NCBI GenBank assembly: GCA_044892525.1
Contig: CM097887.1
Span: 144,376,397-144,440,396, forward strand
Source: Schmidtea polychroa
Taxonomy: Eukaryota
Length of the DNA stretch: 64,000 bases
Reading direction: 5' to 3'
Shown: positions 13,301 through 28,300 of the stretch, in pieces
Position numbering within the stretch: position 1 is the stretch's first letter
Layout of the letters: the number at the start of each line of letters is the position of its first letter
Notes under the pieces: model-generated
The model's database searches: none
What the model saw: the letters and a program-made list of their open reading frames with translations, nothing else
What the model was told of the DNA's origin: nothing
Translations under genes and position numbers: made by a program

Positions 13301-16300
13301 AAAAATTCAATTCTCACTTATTACTTACGTAATTCTGTGACCACCAACAAATTTGTTATTCGCTACATTCAAAGTGATATATAAATTATATCTATAAATA
13401 GTTTATTATTTTTATGCATTTTCTATGATTTAATATCTGTAGGATTTGTTTATTTTGTTGGTTATTGCAAGTGAAATGAATTTATTATTAAACATAACAA
13501 TACCGGGCTGGGTTTATTTTTAGAACTATTCTAGTCTAACAAAATAACTATTATAATATCTTAGCTGGTTTTGTTCCTATTTTTCTACTAAATACTTTTT
13601 TATTATAATATCTTACTCAAATTTTATCATCTCATGTTTCTTATATATACACATTTTCTAGTTATTATTTCTTGAACTTTTAGATTCTGATGAAACGATA
13701 GAGGAAAAGCCCACAGGATTGATAATAAAATCAGAAAAGAAAAAACAAATACAGACAAATTTTGGGCGTCCAAGGAAGCATCCATACAAACCGGGTAAAT
13801 ATAAATGCATGTATTGTGAAACAATGTGTTCCAAACCAAGTGTATTAACCAAGCACTTAAGAGCACATACCAATGAACGTCCGTTTCCATGTAGTCTATG
13901 CAAAAGAAGCTTTAAAACTAAATCAAATCTCAGTAAACATGAAAAGTCAAAAAGTCATTCTTCAAAACTGGAAGAAAAAAACGAAATTAGTCCGTATGTT
14001 ATACAAATATTTAATTTATTATTTATTTCCCATTTTCTTATACATAATGGAGTATAATAACTGGCCACGTCATAATAATATAGCGTATTTCTCGAATTAC
14101 TTATCCCTTAATCAAAGTTGTGGTAGTAGAAAAATGTAGCCAGTGAAAGCAGTTTTTGATAAATTCTGTGGCAAAAATTTGTGTAAAATTATAATTTATT
14201 CATTTAGCCTCTTAAAAATGTGAAGAAAAAATAACGGGTCATATAAGTACCATATATGCAATGTTAGATAAGCATATCACTCATTACTATTACTAATAGT
14301 CACCAATAGTTAACAATAAGTTAAAATCATTCTTTTATCAAAATCTAAAGACTGCCTAAAACAATATTAAATGTTACTGAGTACAGTAAAACCTCCATAT
14401 AAAGTACACCTTATTTGCAATCAATTCTTCTTCGGGTGTACTTCTTAGAAGGTAGGTGTAATTATAAGTGAAATATTGAAAAATAAATAGTTTGATACGC
14501 CATATTCAATAAAAATTGAGGCTCTTTATATATGGTAAATGTCGTGAAGTTTAAAATTCTAACAAATAAATTGTTTCAGTAATGAAAAGAGATAAAAATT
14601 AAATATAAAGGATACAACAATAATTTTTTAATTAAGAATTCATCAAGTTTTGTTTGCTTTTTCTTATGTTCTCATTAAACTGTAATAAGTGAAGCTCTTC
14701 CTCAATGAATCCCTTGGTTAATTCATGGTTTTAGCATGTTGTCAAAGCTTTCTAAGGCGTGATATTATTTCAATTGCCCAGTTCCTTATAATTAGGCCTA
14801 ACGCCTTGTTGTTACTCCGTCATACTAAACGCCCCAAGTAGTAGGTATTGTCCACTCAGCAGCATTGTATTGGAAGATAAATTCATTGATTTGTACAATT
14901 AGGCAAAGAAAACATTAAAGATCTAAATCAAATCAATCAAATGACAATCGAATCTATTAAAATCTATGAAGCGCAACTTGGTACCTAATTGAAAGTAAAA
15001 ATTGTTCAAATTTCTTATTTATAATTGTATGAGTGATAATAATAGAATGCTGAAAATCTCTATTTCATCTTGATTACAATTATTTTCATTCTATATTTAA
15101 TGCGAATTTGATGTCATTGTTAGGTGAACTAATTATCATGTCATATAATGACTTGGTTCAATTACTGTCACGTACATTTATTAGCTTTATTTTTTATATT
15201 TACTACATTAATTTTATCCATCCAAATAAATTCATGTACAGAAGCCAAATACTTTCCCTTCAGCAAATTTGTAATTCCAAATGTATTATGGAGAATTCTG
15301 TTACGAGTGATCCTTCATAAATAGCATATGTCAAAACAATTTTAATCTCTATAAACTTTGTACTTTTTCATAAGTCCTTTTAGTCCTGAAATGGATTAAC
15401 GGATAAAATGTATAAAACTGGTACTATTAATTATATTATTTGTCCTCTGCTACTAATTAAAAATGCGTGCACATTTTGTGCACATTGTATGCACATTGTA
15501 TGCACATTGTATGCACATTGTATGCACACTTTGTGAAATTATTTTAATGTTATTTAAAATAAATAAGTAAATTCTCATATTATTTTATTAGCCTCATTTA
15601 ATTATTTTATGCATCAAAATTGATATATTTTTGAGCACAACCAATAATTGCTGTGCATGTAATTGTTATAAGTAATGTTCAGTGTTTATTATTTATAAAT
15701 TCATAAAATTTATTATACAAATAATAAGCTACTAATAAGCCTCTGTTTAAAGAAAACCATATAAAAATTTGTGAAGATTTAAAATTGTTAATGATTTTTT
15801 ACTGTTTTATTCAGATCGAAACGAGATATAATGCTGCAAGCTTTATCTAACATCGAGTCCTCATTCACGTTGGTTTAGTTTTTATTTTTATCTCTGTTTT
15901 TGTAAATACTAATAATAAGTAAGTAAAACATTCTAATTTAAAAACGCGTGCTTTTTAAAATTAACCTCCAACATTGAAAACATGTATTTATCAAGTCTAA
16001 CTGGGTATCCACATCTAGACCATTGATTCTCAACCAAGGACACCCAGAGCAGGTTCGGTAGAGTTTGCCAAATCATGTGAAAAACTCATATAACCAATTC
16101 AAAGATGAATATAAAGATAAATCACGTTATAAATTGCTACCAGATAGATACCCATATGTAGATAAAATTAATTCAATCAATCGAACCAAAAATAAATAAA
16201 TTAACCGAAGATATTGAGCTAAGGGGGCTGCAAAATGTTTATGGTTATTAAGATGACCGTCACAATAAAAAGGTTAAGGACAATTTCTCTAGAGTACTCA

Positions 16301-19300
16301 TTGCAAACATGTCATTACAGATCATATTATTGAGAATGCTGTTGAAATGAGTTTCTAACAGTCATCTTCCATTTTCTTAAGAAGGGTATATCTGGAAGTG
16401 GGACCTTGACTAAAAGCTTTAGATTATAGTTTCAGCCTATTCATGTCAAATAATTCTAGGAGACACACAATTTCCCACAAAACGGATTATATTAATTTAG
16501 AATATTTTCAGACAATAAACTGATTAACATTTCAATTAGAGAGAACATTGTACTTGCAAGGTCCCTTCTGACATTATTATTTGACTTCCCGAATGATAAG
16601 TTATTCAATCAATCTGATATTCAAATAATCATATATATTAATACAATATCTCAATAAAAATTACTACCAACTTGTGTTGATGTTGCTTTTAGTTCATTTT
16701 TCAACCTTCTCAGAAATAATTTACTCAATTTCCTTCGACTAAACATAAGGTAAACAAAGATATTTATATAANNNNNNNNNNNNNNNNNNNNNNNNNNNNN
16801 NNNNNNNNNNNNNNNNNNNNNNNNNNNNNNNNNNNNNNNNNNNNNNNNNNNNNNNNNNNNNNNNNNNNNNNNNNNNNNNNNNNNNNNNNNNNNNNNNNNN
16901 NNNNNNNNNNNNNNNNNNNNNNNNNNNNNNNNNNNNNNNNNNNNNNNNNNNNNNNNNNNNNNNNNNNNNNNNNNNNNNNNNNNNNNNNNNNNNNNNNNNN
17001 NNNNNNNNNNNNNNNNNNNNNNNNNNNNNNNNNNNNNGTGGTTAAATTGGAAAAAAAATTCCTTATAATACAATCATAATAATAATATATAATTTAGTTG
17101 CTTCAATTTTCAAATGCTCTTTGATCTTTTCTTTTATTTCGTTTTTCTTCTCATTGGTTAAAAATAAACTGAATAAAAATATATCTCTTTTGAAGAATTT
17201 AAAAAATCTTTTTAAATTAAATCCCTCTAAAATTCAAAACAGAACATGCAGTAGACAACGTTTTTTCGAAAGCATATTTTCTTCGGTATCTGGCAGTTTT
17301 CCATTGGGTAAATGTTTTTTTAGTGTTGTTTGCCAATGTCCAAGATGTATGTGCTATATGAATTGGAAGGCCAGTGCGTTTAAGTTCTTTCAGGATCTTG
17401 AAGTCGAGTATGTCACTGATGAATGTGATATTCAGATAAAAATATTTCTTTTTTTTGTGTTATTTCCCTAGATCTTTTTGGGGTGGAATTCATTCTTTCA
17501 ATGTGCTTATTATGATATCCGTTTCTGTATAGGACTTGATTGAAGTTTAATTGCTGTTTATAGTTCTCGTTTTCTTCAGTACATTGATTGGTTATCCTTC
17601 GTTTCTCGTTTTTTATGACATTTACTTTTTGTAAGTATGGAAGTGCTGATCTTTGGTGCATAAATATTTCTTTGCGAGCTGGTTTTTTGTAGAATCATCA
17701 GTATGTTAGAGTATCTACTTCTTATTTTATTTTTAAATCCAGTAGATTGAGGGATCCACCTACTTCCAAATATTCTATTTCAAACCTAATAAATCGAGAC
17801 CTATTAAATGTATGAAATATTTCCTCCGCTTCTTTTCTGCTTTTGGTCGTGATAAAGATATCATCAACATATTTTGCATTGAAACTGAATGTATCTGAAT
17901 TCTCTGAGTAGTTCTGTTTTTATTTAACCTTGCCATTAAGCAGTCGCTGCTCTGAAAATGGTCTGGTAAATTGTAAAATAATTGTTTTAAAATCTTTGAA
18001 AGGAACCAACTTGTTTTAGTTGTTGGTACATTTGTGTTGGATACAATAGGTCTAATTTTGATAGCAGGACCCTCTATGAGTTTTTATTAGGTGGTAGAAG
18101 TTGTGAAGATCGGAACTTTTGAGTCGATTGTTACTTGATAAGTAAACATATGGTTTCTTTTTTAATAATAATAATCATAATCTATTTCCTATACAATGAT
18201 TTAACGTCACGTTGTTATTCAATCTATTTTTAGCTGAATTATTATTTTTAAACTCTGGTTTGTGAATAATCAACCTGTGATTGGTTATAATGTCTAATCG
18301 AATTTGATTGGATGGTTTCTCTTTGAACATTTTCCACATAATTCATCATCGGATATTTTATTATTTATATTATACAAATTACTACAATGATTACATTTAG
18401 TGGGAAAAGGTTTGAACCAATGAATAATCTGGAATTCGACAGTATTGATAGGAAGACATCTATTGTTCAATCCAATTGCTCATCACCTGTGTCAAGTGAT
18501 CATAACTCAAATACTTCTTCGGAACATTGTATTTCGGACATCGTAAAGAAAGTTTGTGATTTTATTTTAAGAGTAATGGGCATGGAATTCAATAATTTAG
18601 GAGAAAAGGGTTGAAAGCTCAGACATGAATGACGATGTTCCTGAAAAAGTTGAAAATTCATCCAGCTGTTCAGGTGTTTTAACAATTAATTCTCAAGGGG
18701 GTCCTATTACAGTTGAAGTCCAAATTAATTTAGAAACAATGCGACATCTTCAACAAGGTCTATCTAACATGACAAATAAGATTAACAGTCCACTATTACC
18801 AAATACAAATCCAAGTAAATATTATACATTTTTCATTTATGTAGGCATTGGAAATTAATTGGGTAGAATTATGAAATAATTATTAATAATAAGCTGTTAC
18901 TAGTTCATAATAGTTCAAAGGTCAATGATAATAATTGGACACACTTTCACAAAGTTACCAAGTTTTTCACATACATTGTTCTACATATTTTGTTCTTTGT
19001 ATTTTAACATTTCATTTACAATTTACTATTTTTCATGATAAACATTATCCCTTGTTACAAGGGCCCTGTAACGTTCTATTTTTCATAATTTGTGTTCATT
19101 AAATAATTGACAGGATTTTTATCAAGATAAAAGGTTTTCACTCCAGTACTGTCAGTATTTCACACACGGTTCATTGGGCTGAGAAATCATTGGCCAATCA
19201 CATTCTGAAGTCATTATATTGTATAAATTATATATAAAAATATTATAATTTATTATTAAAAAATGTTTAAACAAGAGTCATATATGAGCTGGGGTTTTAA

Positions 19301-22300
19301 TCGGTTTTCAAATTTAATCATTAAAACGAAATCGAGCTCGTAAAACCGGTTTTAACGATTTTTAGTTTTAGTTGCCCCTGAAAATTAGATTTTTGAAAAC
19401 CCTTTGTCATTCTGAAACGTTATTGTTTACTTTCGAGCAAAAATGTTTTATATTTGAGATTTTGATTGTGTACGTTATTACTATTGTATGACTATAATTT
19501 TATGAATCACATCAATTGAATATATACCATGAATATATACCAATTTTATAATGCTTTTTAGCTTAGTCCGTCTGAAATTTTTTTGTTTTCTCTCGTAATA
19601 TTTTTCCAAAACGTATTCAATCACTCCCGAGCAAAAATAGAACTATTGCGTCATAATTCAAAACCAGGTTACCAACTCTGGAACGAGTCAGACCCGAAGA
19701 AATTATTTTTACATCCGAAGATTTAATAATATATAATAAATACATATGAATATAAAACAACAAAATTTATTCAATAAGAAAACTTAAACAAAAATTAGGA
19801 ACTTAATTAATTCTTAAAATTATATTTTGTTGTTTTTAATGAACATTCAAGTAAATTATTTTGTTTTGGTGCTTTTAAATATGTAAGAAAAACTTCACAA
19901 TTCACGTCGAATTTTATTCTATCAGAAAGTTCAGCTTTAATAAGCATGTCAAATAAATTTATATTGTTCTTAATTAAGTTCTTAATACCACCTTATAAAA
20001 AGGACGTGTGAATAAATGTTTCTGCCCGCTTACAGACGACTATATAAGAAACAATTTAAACGATTTGATAAGGCTATATACCATATGATTTACCTTGGAC
20101 GTTAGGTTGTACTCAAATATGACTTGAGTTCTAGATTCTGTTAAAAAATTTGAGAACCTGGGGGTTAGCACAGAGTAATAAAAATATAGTTTCATTTATT
20201 TTCGTAAATATTTTATCGAAACTTACAGATTGTTTATTCAGCATAGAAAAATACTAATGATGTTCCAGTGTGAATAGACTTTAAATCTGCGAATAAAAAC
20301 ACTATTAAAGTCCAAATATTGATAAAATGTGGATCATAGACTATGTGGGTCATTATATTTTATATTTATAGACTTAGAAAATGATTTTTATCGAGTTGAA
20401 CTTGAAGTGGGCTGTTATAAAGCACCCGCAGACTTTTAAACACAATATAACAACATTGCTTCAAAGGAATGGTAATTATCATAACAGCAGCTATGTCTAT
20501 AATAACTCAAGTTTTTATGACAGGTGATCCCTTGAGTATAAATTGGTATCATCTCCACGGAGAAAATTACTTGCGACTAATAAGGGTAGGATTTGTGAAC
20601 ATATAAATAAACATATATTCTTTTGACTTTCTTCCGTCATTGTTTACTGGCAATAGCTTGTATTCATTATGATTCATTACTTATTTTTTAAATGGTTAGC
20701 ACGCGAAAGTTTGCACATCAGGATAAGTTGGAAAATTGGGAATTGGGAAATCTTGGTCATTATGTGAGATTGAGTGATGTTTATTTAAAATTTCAACTTT
20801 ATAAATATTAGAAGGTTCATCCTGTAAAACATTAAAATCAGTTTTTGTTTCCATAAATTTTATTTCAGTAAATATCAGTATCAAATTAAATCTTCTTTAA
20901 ACTTTCTTATTTAAACAAATTTTCTACGAAGATATTTCTTCGTCTTGTTTTGTTATCGCTGTCAAGACTTGATACTTACTATACTGATCTATTATGCCCA
21001 ATATATACTTCTTACGTCCTTTTGTTTCTGCCAACGGTCCACATATATCCACGAATATAATTTCGAACATTTCCTTCGAATCTTGTTTTTTTACTGGTTC
21101 TTTCGTTGTTATTGTTAAAGCCTTGGTTTTCTGACAAATCTCACAACTTCGAACAATTTCCTGAATCTGACTCCACAGGTGTTTTCCAACATATCTATCT
21201 TTCATATAATCGGCTATCTTCTCGACTATAGCATGACACAATAGTCTATGTATTTCCTTTATTGTTTCTTGTAACTCATTTTCAGTTATCATCGTTTTCT
21301 TTCTTACTTCTTCTACAATTCCAATTGGATGTCGCTTCTTCCTTCTTCTCTGATCGAGTCTAGTAATCTGGTTTTTATCTTTCCTTTCTTAGCTTCTTCG
21401 TGGGCCATTTGACATTGAACACACGTGTCACATTTAGTTCTCGACACCATGTGTGCATTTTGGTGATTAATACCCTTTCTGTATTCTACTCTTATATCTA
21501 AACTGCTCAAATAATTGATCCATGTTTGGAATTGTGAAGTAATCGGCTTCTTGGTTGTCATCATAAACGTGATTGCCTTGTGGTCTGTCCTGAGCGTGAA
21601 TCTTCTTCCGTAGAGATAGTGCTTAAAATGAATGCAAAAATAATATACCGCCAATAGTTCCTTTCTTGTAATACAATATCCTTTCTCGTGGCTCGTCATC
21701 GAGTGTGATCCATACGCAATTACTCTTTCCTTTCCGCCTTTATCTCTTTGTGAAAGTACTGCTCCAATGGTATCGAAACTAGCGTCGGTATCTAAAATTA
21801 ACTCCTTTTTCAGATCCGGAAAACATAAGATTGGCGTTGTCGTGAGTGCTAATTTCAATCCCTCAAACACGCTATTCGTTCCTTCACTCCATTCTAATTT
21901 TTTGTTACTTGGTCCGCTACATAATTGTTCTAACATCCTTGCCTTCTTTGCATAATCACTGATGAATCTTCTATAATAATTGCAAATACCTAAAAAGCTT
22001 CGGAGTTTCTTTACGCAATTAGGCTTCCCAAAGTTCTGTATGGCCTGAATTTTAGATGGATCTGTCTGTACTCCTTCCTTGCTGATTATGTGTCCTAAGA
22101 ATCTGATTTCTTCCTTTATTATTTGGCATTTTTCTGGATTAATCCTTAGGCCTGCTTCCTCAATCGCCTTTAACACTTCTCCGAGTATTGTATAGTGTTT
22201 CTCTTTACTGCTTGAATAAATCAAGATGTCGTCCAAATACACCATTGCTCCCTTTATTTTGCCATCATTTGTCATCATTTCTTGGAACGTACCTGGTGCT

Positions 22301-25300
22301 GCTGCAATTCCAAACGGCATTCTGTTGAAACAATATTGTCCGTTCTTTGTTGAGAAAGCTGTTTTCTCCTGTGATTCTTCTTCTAGTTCCACTTGGTAAT
22401 ATGCATTACCTAGATCGATTGAGCTGAAAAAGAAGGATCCTCCTAACAAATCCAACATCTCGTCTATGTTTGGCATTGGAAGTGCCTGCCTCTCTGTTAC
22501 CGCGTTCAGCTGTCTAAAGTCCAAGCATAGTCTAATATCCTTTTTCTCTTTTTTCCATACACATATTAGCGGTGTATTCCATGGAGAGTTACATTTCCGT
22601 ATAATTCCATTTTCGTACAAATTTCGTATTGCTTCTTCAATCTTTGATTCCAAATTTAGTGGTTGGCGATATGGTTTTATGTTTATCGGCTCACCTCTTG
22701 TAACTATCTTGTGTTTTACCAAATGTGTGCGACCCACATCCCATTTATCTGCCATAAAGACGTTTCCAATGTTTGTTATAATTTCCTTTAATTTGCTATC
22801 TTCATTGATCTTTAACTGTTCCAACGCTCGTATCAATCGTTCTTCATCCTTTATTTTTCTGCCAAATTTTGCTTCAATGTTACAAATATAGTTCTTGTCT
22901 TTTTCACTAGCCTTTTTTAACAGTCTAAATCCAAATGTTTCTTGTAATTCGATTCCTCCAATCATATCTGGTGTCACTTTCTCCGCCACAATGATTATAA
23001 CTTCCTTCGAAACATTTACAATGGTTACTTGCACCTTCGTTTTTCCTATTGTCTCGATCGTACTCTCGTTTGCGCATCGTAACTTATCGTCAATTGTTGT
23101 CCTCGTAGCTTGTTAAAACAGTTCACACTCATTACATTGATTCTTGCACCAGTGTCTAATAAACAGTCGAAATTTTCCCCATTCATCCTTACTGTTATAC
23201 TAGGCCTTCCTTGCATTTTGTTATACAAAATTTCAACAACCTGCTCCGTTTCAATGGTTCCAATTCTTTCCACTTCCTCTTCAAACATTTCTCTCTTTAG
23301 GAACCTGTATACTTTCTCGCTTACCCTTCCAACATTCTCCCACTTTTCTGCCCCTTGAGGATATCCCATCAAATTTTCTGTTAGAATATGGCTCCAACCA
23401 ACTCCTCTACTGGTGGAGCCCTGTTGTTTGGGTACGTCTTCCTAAAATTATCTTCATTTGTCTCTACACACGATTCCCTTTCTTCTTCTTCCTCGATACC
23501 ATTTATCCGACTGTATCTGTCTCCCGTGAATCTTTGTCTCTCCGTCGCTCTCCCGTTCCTCATCTTTGTATAACACTCCTCGGATCTATGACCATCTCTG
23601 CTACATCTTTCACAACGTATTTCCTGACACAATCTTCTTATATGACCTTCTTTCCCACACCCAATACATCTTGGAGCTTTTTTATCTGGACAGTTTCTAC
23701 TTATATGTCCGCTTCTATGACATGTCCAGCATTCTATTTTACCTTTTATTGGACAATCAATTTTCGTGTGTCCTATTTTGTGGCATAACCAGCATTCTTG
23801 CATTTCTCTTCGGATACTTTCTTCTCTCTGTTCTTTCTTCTTGTATTGTACTCTTCTCTGTGGTTCCTGATAGACCACTCTGGCGTAACTTTTCATGCAG
23901 TTTATCTGATCTCTTTGCTTGTCTACTTTGTCCATCAGAATTAGTGTTTCCTTTATTTCTTCTGTGCTTTTTATCTTCCGTAGTATCACTTCTTACTCAA
24001 CTTCTTTATTCTCCGCACATACTATTAACATCCTTGCTGTTAATTTCTCTTTGGTAAATTCTTTATTTTCAAACAACCTATCAACAAGGTCCTCCACCTT
24101 TTGAAAATACGTTTCTATTTCTTCACCCTTCCGCTTGTAATTCAACAAGTTTTGTAGATCCTTTAAAACATCTCTTTCGCGATCGAATGCCAATCGCAAA
24201 GTAACCTGGAATCCTTCGGCCTTTTTCAGTGTTTTGGCATACACTTCCAGGAGGTCCTCATCAATCATGCAAGATGTTAATCTTTCCTGATCTTTCTTCT
24301 GCGTGATTCCCTTGGCGTCGAAATAAATTTCGCATCTTTTAATGAACTTTTCCAAGTCGTCACCTTGGCAGAATACCTTTGGTAGCAATCTTTCGGTGAT
24401 TGCGTCAGTGTTTACCGCTGTCACCATATTAGGAGGTTCGTCCTGTAAAACATTAAAATCAGTTTTTGTTTCCATAAATTTTATTTCAGTAAATATCAGT
24501 ATCAAATTAAATCTTCTTTAAACTTTCTTATTTAAACAAATTTTCTACGAAGATATTTTTAATTAAAATATCTTCTTATTTTTTTTTAAAAATTAATCTA
24601 AAATTTAATTTTTAAAATTTTCAATTTAAAAATTTCTTCATCATAAAACTTCCTCATAATAAAGAAACAACTTAATTTGAATAAAAATACAAATACACAA
24701 ACTTTTTTGAAGTAGAAATTACTTATCAAATGTCCATGTATTAATAATGTTAAAAATTTATGTTTAGTAACATTCTTCGAATTACACTAAATTGAATTTT
24801 AAAAAATTATTTAGTGATCAAAATTAAAAAAAATATATCATCAATTAAACCATTTTGAAATCTTTATGAAGAAGGATTATTTTTTTGGCAGATTAATATT
24901 GAAATAAGGACGCTGTAAAATTTGCCGGTCGAGTTAAAAAAAACTATTAGTGGTCTTATGTTGGTTACTCCCAATTTAGATTAACTGAATAAATTATATT
25001 TAAATTTCTTGTTTTAAATTATGTAAAATACTATAGGCTGCAATGAATAAGGTTTGATTAATTCTTTTTCGCTGTATTCATAATACACTTATTTCAATCA
25101 GTTTTTGGTATTTCCATGAACCATCTTCACAGCACGTGCCTACGATCGGATGTCTATGATCAGATGGGGATTAGTAAAGGTGTTGAATAGAGAGTGTTAA
25201 ATGTTAAATTAAAATTATTTCATAATTAAATTTTGTAAAATTAAAAGTGAAACTTAAATTATTTGAAATATATTTGAAATAAAATGGTTTAAAATTAAAA

Positions 25301-28300
25301 TGAATATTTTGATTTTAATTTTGAAATAAAATAATTTTTAATAAAAGTGCAATTCAAGTATTAATGTGGTATGTTGATGTATGGTTGAAATTAAACTTTA
25401 TAAAAAGAAAAAATCCCAAGAATATTTGTTGACATAAGCAGATTTAATGAAATATAATTTTGGATTTATTTAGTCTTAGTAATTTATTTGATGACAGAAG
25501 AATTGAATGTTATAGCATCTAACAGAGAGAAAATATTCATAATAATCATTTTATCAGAAAAGTTAACACTAAATCCAATTCAAATTATTACTGCTAATTA
25601 ATTTATGAAAAATATATGTATTAAGTGAATTCATTACCTAACTTCTTTTTAACGTCATTTTACTGATAAATATTATTTTTTCTCCGCAAATTATTCAGGA
25701 GCCATTTTTTCTAATATTTTTCTGTTAACGTAATTAATTATGTGTATCTCAATAAATATGATNNNNNNNNNNNNNNNNNNNNNNNNNNNNNNNNNNNNNN
25801 NNNNNNNNNNNNNNNNNNNNNNNNNNNNNNNNNNNNNNNNNNNNNNNNNNNNNNNNNNNNNNNNNNNNNNNNNNNNNNNNNNNNNNNNNNNNNNNNNNNN
25901 NNNNNNNNNNNNNNNNNNNNNNNNNNNNNNNNNNNNNNNNNNNNNNNNNNNNNNNNNNNNNNNNNNNNNNNNNNNNNNNNNNNNNNNNNNNNNNNNNNNN
26001 NNNNNNNNNNNNNNGAACGATGCTGAATTGCGAGCGGCTGAGTCTATTCTTCACATGGCTAATCAGCGCCCTCAGATTCAAGAGTCGTGTTCTTCAACAG
26101 ATGAATACCGAAAAAACGGAACTACTGTCAAGAAAGTTGCAGGTATTTAATAACATTAATAAAAACGTTAACAAACACATCTAGGTACCTTATCACCATT
26201 AAATAATAAGAGTCCAGACACTGCAAATACTATTAAACCATTTAATGGAACAAAACTTTCTTCATCAAAAGATAATAATTCTTATAGGGCAACTCCGTTA
26301 GATGGTTTGTTACTTTATTTTTTTTACATTAAATGATATTTAATTTATAAAGAGTCTGATCCTTTGAATTCAAAAATTCACACCAAATGTTTAGTTAAGG
26401 AAAATCTTTTGAAAAAGATGAAGAGGAAACAAGTTCAAGAAATAAACAGTTTATCCGATTCCACGGAATTTTTACCTTTCAATAACAGTAACATTTCTAA
26501 TACGAAACTGATTTTAGAAGTAAATTATTTGCTATTTTTCATATTAGTATTATTATTATTATTTTATTATTGCAAAGAAACTGTAAAAATATTTTTTCCC
26601 AATCAGAAATTTTGTCAACATTCCTAATGATATTATTCTCAACTTTGCCTTAGTTTTATTTGTGATTCCTAATTTATTTCTATCATAAATTATTTTCATC
26701 TGAATTCAACCAATATTAAAATTTCTATTTATTAAATAATTAATTATTTTCATTATGTATTTTATTTATTCTCATTAATTCTCAGTTTAATAATTCATTC
26801 AGAAAACAACAGAGTCACTCATGTTACCATCAATAACAAGGCCAACTTACTTTCAGCAATCGTTGAAAAATGAGACCGTTTTAAAAAATTTAATAACCGA
26901 TTCAAAATCCACTTCTTCATTTCTTCTAAAATCGAATAGACCAAGACTTGAGATTTATAATAAAGCTGGAATATCAAATACGAATTCGCAAATTTTAAAT
27001 AGTCTTTCAACATTATCAAGTCCGCAAACTATTGTTGTTATAACCTCTCCAAACAGCTTTGCAAAAAATCTTACTTCAAGTCCAAAGTCAGTTCCCGATG
27101 CCGCTTTGATTTCAATTTCTGAATCCAACAAATCTAGCTTGGAGATTGATACTGCTACCTTATCAAAGGTTATCACAAACACTCAAAGTCTTCATCAACA
27201 CCAAGGAAATAAAACATCGAATATGGATAATCTTTCAGTGACAAATAGTATTACTACCTCAAGGGTGGCAATATCACCATCATGTATAAATTCAAGAAAT
27301 ATTACATTGGATAATGCTCAGGACCAAGATGGTAAGTATATATTCTTGCTAACTTTTATTATTATGATTTTATAATGAATTTGTTGCATCCTGTGAATTG
27401 GAAATTGTAACAGCTATCCAGGGCCGGCTTTGGGATTTGCAGGGCCTCAGGAAAATATTATATGCGGGGCCCTTTCCCGAAAAGGAAGAAATGATACATG
27501 AACATAATTTTATCAATTTATTTAATGAAATATATATTTCATCAATATAATCAATAATATACATACAATCATAATATTTTTTATTCTTTTTTCGTACAAA
27601 CATTATTTACTGCTAATTCCTCGATAATATCATCAAAATTTATCTGTTTTGTTTATCTATTTTTTTATCTATATTTTTTGAACAACGTAACCTAACTTTT
27701 TGCATGGTTGATCTTGGATAATTTTTAATTAACTTTAATTTCGAAACACTGCTTTCGGCGGAAGCTACTGAAACAGGCGTTAGCATAAATCTCAATGTTA
27801 TACATAAAAGCCCGGGGCCTCGGAAAAAATCCTCTAAGTCCCGACCTCTGAACCGGCCCTGTAGCTATGCAATTGCTGGATGTAGATCGCTATTAAAAAT
27901 TAAATAAATTAAAAAAAATTAAAACCTATTCTATTCAAAAATCAGAGTTTCTAGAAACTCTTATAAAAGGTATAAGTAAAATGCACAATATTGATCGCAA
28001 AAGCAAAAAAAAATATTTTCTTTTCACCATTGATCGAAGGTAAAAGGTTTTGTTATTATTCTGTCGAGGGTATGGAACAAATTTACAAAGAATATGTCAT
28101 ATTTGAATGGAAAACGGATTGAATATGCCAAAAGATTCCATAAATACATAATAAATAAAATAATGAAAATGTATTTGCATGAACATGTGGAACTGGAAAG
28201 AGTTGATGAAACAATCAAGAAATCTATAATTTATCATGTTATATCACTCATTATTCAAAATCAAAAAAGCACATGAATGGATAATTAATTAATTGATTAA

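Larger units (their letters stand above)
20806..24658 (-). mobile_element. Defective Ty3/Gypsy LTR retrotransposon in a shn intron
   Basis: gag, four CCHC knuckles, PR (LLDTGA), RT (YLDD), RNase H (TDAS), truncated IN; 132-bp LTR match 20806-20937 vs 24427-24558 with 2 mismatches; PBS; candidate TSD ataaa. Confidence 0.9.

Noticed and set aside
14382-14900. Tc1/pogo element starting TACAGTAAAACCTC
   Set aside because: No matching second TIR and transposase traces too weak.
16021-16035. Charlie-like TIR CATTGATTCTCAACC after ATCTAGAC
   Set aside because: The other end with a matching TSD was not found.
20400-20580. LINE RT trace (GDDTNL) on minus
   Set aside because: Single short motif amid many stops.
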